A DNA stretch of 64,000 nt from Eledone cirrhosa. Taxonomy: Eukaryota. The notes below the pieces were generated by a model. That model saw nothing but the letters and a program-made list of their open reading frames with translations. It was not told the origin of the DNA and made no database searches. Each line of letters opens with the position of its first letter. Positions within the stretch are counted from its first letter, which is position 1. The DNA lies in the NCBI GenBank assembly GCA_964016885.1, contig OZ024741.1, forward strand, positions 274,784,001 to 274,848,000, written 5' to 3'. Shown piece by piece: positions 58,767 through 64,000 of this stretch. Both the position numbers and the translations under genes were made by a program.

Positions 58767-58957
58767 AAAAAGTATGACCCCGACGGCAGAGCTCAAGCCG
58801 TTTCGACGGCTATTTCTTAGTCCAGAAATAGCCGTCGAAACTGTTTGAGCTCTGCCGTCGGGGTCATACTTTTTCCTAATACCCACTCTACTACCCTAAG
58901 TATTGAGTAATATGGTGCGTTATTGTCCATCTGGTTCCTCACGACATCTCCTTTGTT
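58506..58957 (+). mobile_element. Two tandem family B fold-back elements in (TA)n
   Basis: Palindromes 58506-58619 and 58763-58878, each followed by the same ~80-bp tail. Confidence 0.75.
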
Positions 58958-59149
58958 ATATATATATATATATATATATATTGATATATTGGTAAACGGA
59001 ATAGAAAATGCTGACAAATTGTTCACAGTGAATAAGTGAGAATTAGTAATAGTATTGGTTAGTATTCAGTTTTGGTTTTAAGTTTTACCGGTTGCGCATT
59101 TCTAATGCTTTTCAAAAATAATTTTGAGATAGAGCGTCCGTGATGTTTG

Positions 59150-59240
<91 letters not shown>

Positions 59241-59333
59241 ATAAATATATATATATATGTATATATGTATATATGTATATATATGTATATATATGTATAT
59301 ATGTATATATGTATATATATGTATATATGTGTG

Positions 59334-59373
<40 letters not shown>

Positions 59374-59410
59374 ATTAAATAAATGGAAACTATATTTATA
59401 AAACCATATT

Positions 59411-59477
59411 TATTTCATTATATATATTTCGGGGATATCATATTAACAATATGCTATGCCTTCCTCAGACAAAATAC
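59411..59477 (-). ncRNA. Minimal type I hammerhead (homolog of 43022)
   Basis: Minus tattttgt CTGAGGA aggcatagcatat...atgatatcccc GAAA tatata TA atgaaata. Confidence 0.65.
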
Positions 59478-60059
59478 AATATAAACAGTTTTATAGATAA
59501 ATAGATTCGACATACCGTAATAACACCGACTTGCATTTGAAGAGGTTAAACTGGCAGTGAAAAAAGTTTACACAGAGAGAAAGAAAGAGAGAAAAAAAAG
59601 AAAGAAAGACAGAAAACGAAGAAAAGGAAGAAAAAGAAGAAATGCATGGAACAAAATAGAGAGATGGAAAGATAGATAAAGAGAAGAACTTCATGTAAAG
59701 AAACAGAAAGAGATATATATAGAGAGAGAGAGAGGAAATAGAGATAGATACATATATATATAGAAAATTAGGTAGTGGGAGGTCAGTTGAGTAAATGTAT
59801 CAATGATACATTTATTTATTTATTTATTTATTTATTTAGCTCTAGTATTAATGTAAGGGAGATATATAGAGAGAGAAAAAATATAGAGAGAGAAAAAAAT
59901 AGCGAGAGAAAAAAAAAAAAAATTTAAAAATAGCCAGATATATTCGAGGCGTAAAAACCCTATGTCTTAATGTATTAGTATTTATAAAACTTCCACTATA
60001 TTGTAAATATCAGTATTCCTGAATGAGACAAGTATCCATAGTGTGTGAAAATTAATTAT

Positions 60060-60128
<69 letters not shown>

Positions 60129-60406
60129 ACATTTTTTGCAAATATTAAAGAAGTTTGTTCTCACAATCTGTGGTCAGTTAGAATATATATATATGGAAAT
60201 AAGACTGTTATTGCTTCAATCAGTCGACTAACCCTCAACAAACTCCCTAAAGTGAAACCCAACCTGTACCCATCACTACTGCTAAACCCAACCGTACTCA
60301 CCCTTCAAATTCGACCTCTCATCCTCGCAAACAGGACCGCAATACCCTTCTAATGGGAAGACATACGTTATCAAGCTGTTGTTTCTATATAATAAAGTCA
60401 CAGCTA

Positions 60407-60493
<87 letters not shown>

Positions 60494-60720
60494 TAAAAAA
60501 ATAATGAATAAAACAATGAAACAGTTCCTTATATTAAACAAAAAAAGTTCATTATTTAACGATCGTTTCTAGGATATATATGTGTTAGAATTGGCATGCA
60601 TATTCAACAGATCTATGTACAAAATTATACAAAATTATACAAACTATCAAAATTAAATATACACACCAAACATATATATATGCCGTCTTCTTGGTAGATA
60701 AACTCTTGGTAGATTTATCT

Positions 60721-60757
<37 letters not shown>

Positions 60758-60785
60758 AAAGAATAGAGGTGTAACACACAAGTTA

Positions 60786-61183
60786 TTATATATTGGTAAA
60801 CGGAATAGAAAATGCTGACAAATTGTTCATAGTTGAAAAATGGTTTAATTAGGAATAAAAGAGTATTAGTGATTGTATGGGTTAGTATTCAGTTGTGGTT
60901 TTAAGTTTTTAAGTTTTTACCGGTTGCGCATTTCTAAATGCTTTTCAAAAATAATTTTGAGATAGAGTGTCCGTGCTGTTTACTCTGATCTGATTAGTAA
61001 ACAGCACGGACACTCTATCTCAAAATTATTTTTGAAAAGCATTTAGAAATGCGCAACCGGTAAAAACTTAAAAACTTAAAACCACAACTGAATACTAACC
61101 CATACAATCACTAATACTCTTTTATTCCTAATTAAACCATTTTTCAACTGTGAACAATTTGTCAGCATTTTCTATTCCGTTTA

Positions 61184-61194
<11 letters not shown>
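60786..61194. mobile_element. ~200-bp-arm near-perfect palindrome (single arm also at 58984-59155)
   Basis: 60786-60984 reverse-complements 60996-61194 with an 11-nt spacer; contains variant hammerhead-like motif. Confidence 0.8.
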
Positions 61195-61238
<44 letters not shown>

Positions 61239-61284
61239 AAATAAAATAAATAAGTCAAATGTTTAAAATTTGGCCTCGTTTATT

Positions 61285-61339
61285 ACTGCTATATATATTT
61301 CGGTGACAGCCATCTTTGGCTGTGACCTCTTCAGGCAGT
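61285..61339 (-). ncRNA. Minimal type I hammerhead ribozyme
   Basis: actgc CTGAAGA ggtcacagcca aaga tggctgtcacc GAAA tatata TA gcagt; perfect stem I. Confidence 0.85.
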
Positions 61340-61525
61340 CCGAATTAGTGTGGTATAGACAAGTACATATGTTATTGAGGTGTTAACTTTGTCAATACTC
61401 TGATATGCCCAGTTCCTGGTTGGATTGTTATTTCACTGAGGAACATATATATATATATGTGTATGTATATATATATGTATGTATATATATATATGTGTGT
61501 GTGTGTATATATATATATACATATA

Positions 61526-61610
<85 letters not shown>

Positions 61611-61706
61611 TTATTAAATATAACAGATTAAATATATATATATGTGCATTTATATATGTGTGTGTGTATATATATATACATTTACCTATATATATATATA
61701 TATATG

Positions 61707-61783
<77 letters not shown>

Positions 61784-61788
61784 ATTAA

Positions 61789-61825
<37 letters not shown>

Positions 61826-62769
61826 CACTTCGGGGAAACCGGAACAACTAAAGCATATTACTGCACTCTACTATTGTATTGAGTGCTTTTCCTCCAATTT
61901 CTTATACATATGTATGTATATATGTATATATGTATATATATATATATATATATAGGAAGACTCGCACACATCCGCCCACATACATACGCATACATATGCG
62001 TGTGTGTGTGTGTGTGTGTGCAAATGTAAGTGTGTCTGGGTGTGTAGGTGGGTGTCTGTTTGTAGTTGTGCATCTGTGCATGTGGCTGTGCATGTGAGTG
62101 TGTGTACGTGTATGTATGTGTGCGCGTGTGTGTGTGCATGTGTGTGTGTGCACGCGTGTGTGCGTGCACCTGTGCGTGTGTTTGTGCATGTGTGCGTGTA
62201 CATGTGTGTGTGTGCACGTATGTGTGTGTGCATGTGTGTGTGTGTACATGTATGTGTGTGTGTGCACGTGTTTGTGTGCACGGGTGTGCGTGTGTGTGCA
62301 TGTGTGTGTGTGCACGTGTGTGTGTGTGTTTGTGTGTGCACGCCTGCATGCGTGTGCATGTGTGTGTGCACGTGTGTATGTGTGTTTGTGTGTGCGCGCG
62401 TGCGTGCGTTTGTGTCTGTGTGTATGTGCATGTGTGTGTGCACGTGTGTGTGTGTGTTTGTGTGTGCGTGCGTGTGTGTCTGTGTGTATGTGCATGTTGT
62501 GATGTATGCCTGTGTATGAGAGCTGGTGTACTCTGCTGGCATTTCAGAGTTCCAACTTCACATAACTTTCATCTCCACCCGAAACTAGTAAGCCCCTCCC
62601 CTAACCCTTACCGCCAGTCACCTAACTGACACCCTACCCCCACCCCTAACGTGCACAGATGCTTTCCACCCTTCCGACAATCTACATACATGTATCTACT
62701 CGTCACATATGTTTAACTCGTGTATACACACACAGATATATATATATATATATATATACATAGAGATAG

Positions 62770-62820
<51 letters not shown>

Positions 62821-62845
62821 GTGTGTGTGTGTGTGCGTGTGTATA

Positions 62846-62911
<66 letters not shown>

Positions 62912-62970
62912 TTTATATATGAATATATGTATATATATGTATATATATATATACATTTATATATATATAT

Positions 62971-63573
62971 AAACGGAAAAAAATGAAACGAAGTTTCATT
63001 TCCCACTCTTAGTACGGCTGTTACTTAAATATAAGTATGTATACGTACATACATATATGTATACAGACGTACAGTAGTATGTATATATATATACATACAT
63101 GAACACATATATATATGTACGTATGGATTTACCGAACATTTATTATAATGCTCGATGTGTTTGTAAACAAACATCCCGGTTTAATCCGTAGTGTCTAGCA
63201 ACCATCGTTGCTCGTTTGTTCAACACTGACAAAGGAACGCTGTACTAGTTTCAAGCTTATTAGCTATCGTCAGCACCGTATACCTTCCTGCCAGATGATT
63301 GAACGTCTGAAAGTATATACTTTCCTTATGCATATTAAGGGCTGAGCAGACTAATTTGCATATCGAGTGAGTTAATCGGCCGGGGTACCGAAAACGATAA
63401 ATGAAAAAATGAAACGAAATTTCATTTCTCACTCATAGTACGGCTGTTACTTAAATATAAGTATGTATACGTACATACATATATGTATACAGACGTACAG
63501 TAGTATATATATATATATATATACATGCACACATATATATATGTACGTATGGATTCACCGAACATTTATTATA
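62971..63573 (-). mobile_element. ~1.4 tandem units (period ~426 bp) of a hammerhead-bearing element
   Basis: aaatgaaacg at 62981 and 63407 begin duplicated ~165-bp blocks. Confidence 0.75.
63233..63289 (-). ncRNA. Type I hammerhead with bulged stem I
   Basis: aggaa ggtata cggtg CTGACGA t agct aata agct t GAAA ctag TA cagcg ttcct. Confidence 0.75.
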
Positions 63574-63641
63574 TATGAATATATGTATTTTTATATATAT
63601 ATATATATTTATATATGATACACTAACATATACACACACAC

Positions 63642-63721
<80 letters not shown>

Positions 63722-63856
63722 CAACGACTTTTTTTTAGCCGTTGTTCGCACCAACCTGAGGCATATGGCCCTTAAAGCGATGAAATGCCGAGGACGGTTG
63801 GAGGGTCACTGATGAAGGACTCACTTTTTCATATATATATATATATATGTATGTGC

Positions 63857-63929
<73 letters not shown>

Positions 63930-64000
63930 GAATGGAGATTATATCGCTCTATATATATATATACACATACATACATATATATAGAGAGAGAGAGGGAGCG

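Overview
Repeat-saturated eukaryotic (metazoan) genomic DNA. The SINE families and extreme (TA)n/(CATA)n/(CA)n/(CAC,CAT,CTA)n microsatellite load suggest a cephalopod (octopus-like) genome; this is inference. No confident host gene is visible, and almost all ORF-track calls are simple-repeat artefacts. The real coding content is decayed transposons: a 5'-truncated L1/Tx1 LINE (4.3-7.3 kb), two divergent near-full-length R4/Dong-type RT+restriction-like-endonuclease LINEs in (CATA)n arrays (14.0-18.1, 28.6-32.8 kb) plus truncated copies, a Buster/Charlie-type hAT DNA transposon (21.6-24.0 kb), a Penelope-like GIY-YIG 3' fragment (54.3-56.6 kb), RTE fragments, RTE-derived non-autonomous elements and tRNA-SINEs. 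The most interesting signal is RNA-structural: about ten hand-foldable minimal type I hammerhead ribozymes in short (TA)n-embedded, often fold-back elements, including a homogeneous 310-bp tandem array with one hammerhead per unit (retrozyme / tandem-pLTR candidate, 53.1-54.2 kb), variant-core hammerheads (U3-A8), and a covarying RNA fold at the 5' end of the RTE-derived elements. All folds and alignments were done by eye; boundaries are approximate to a few bp.
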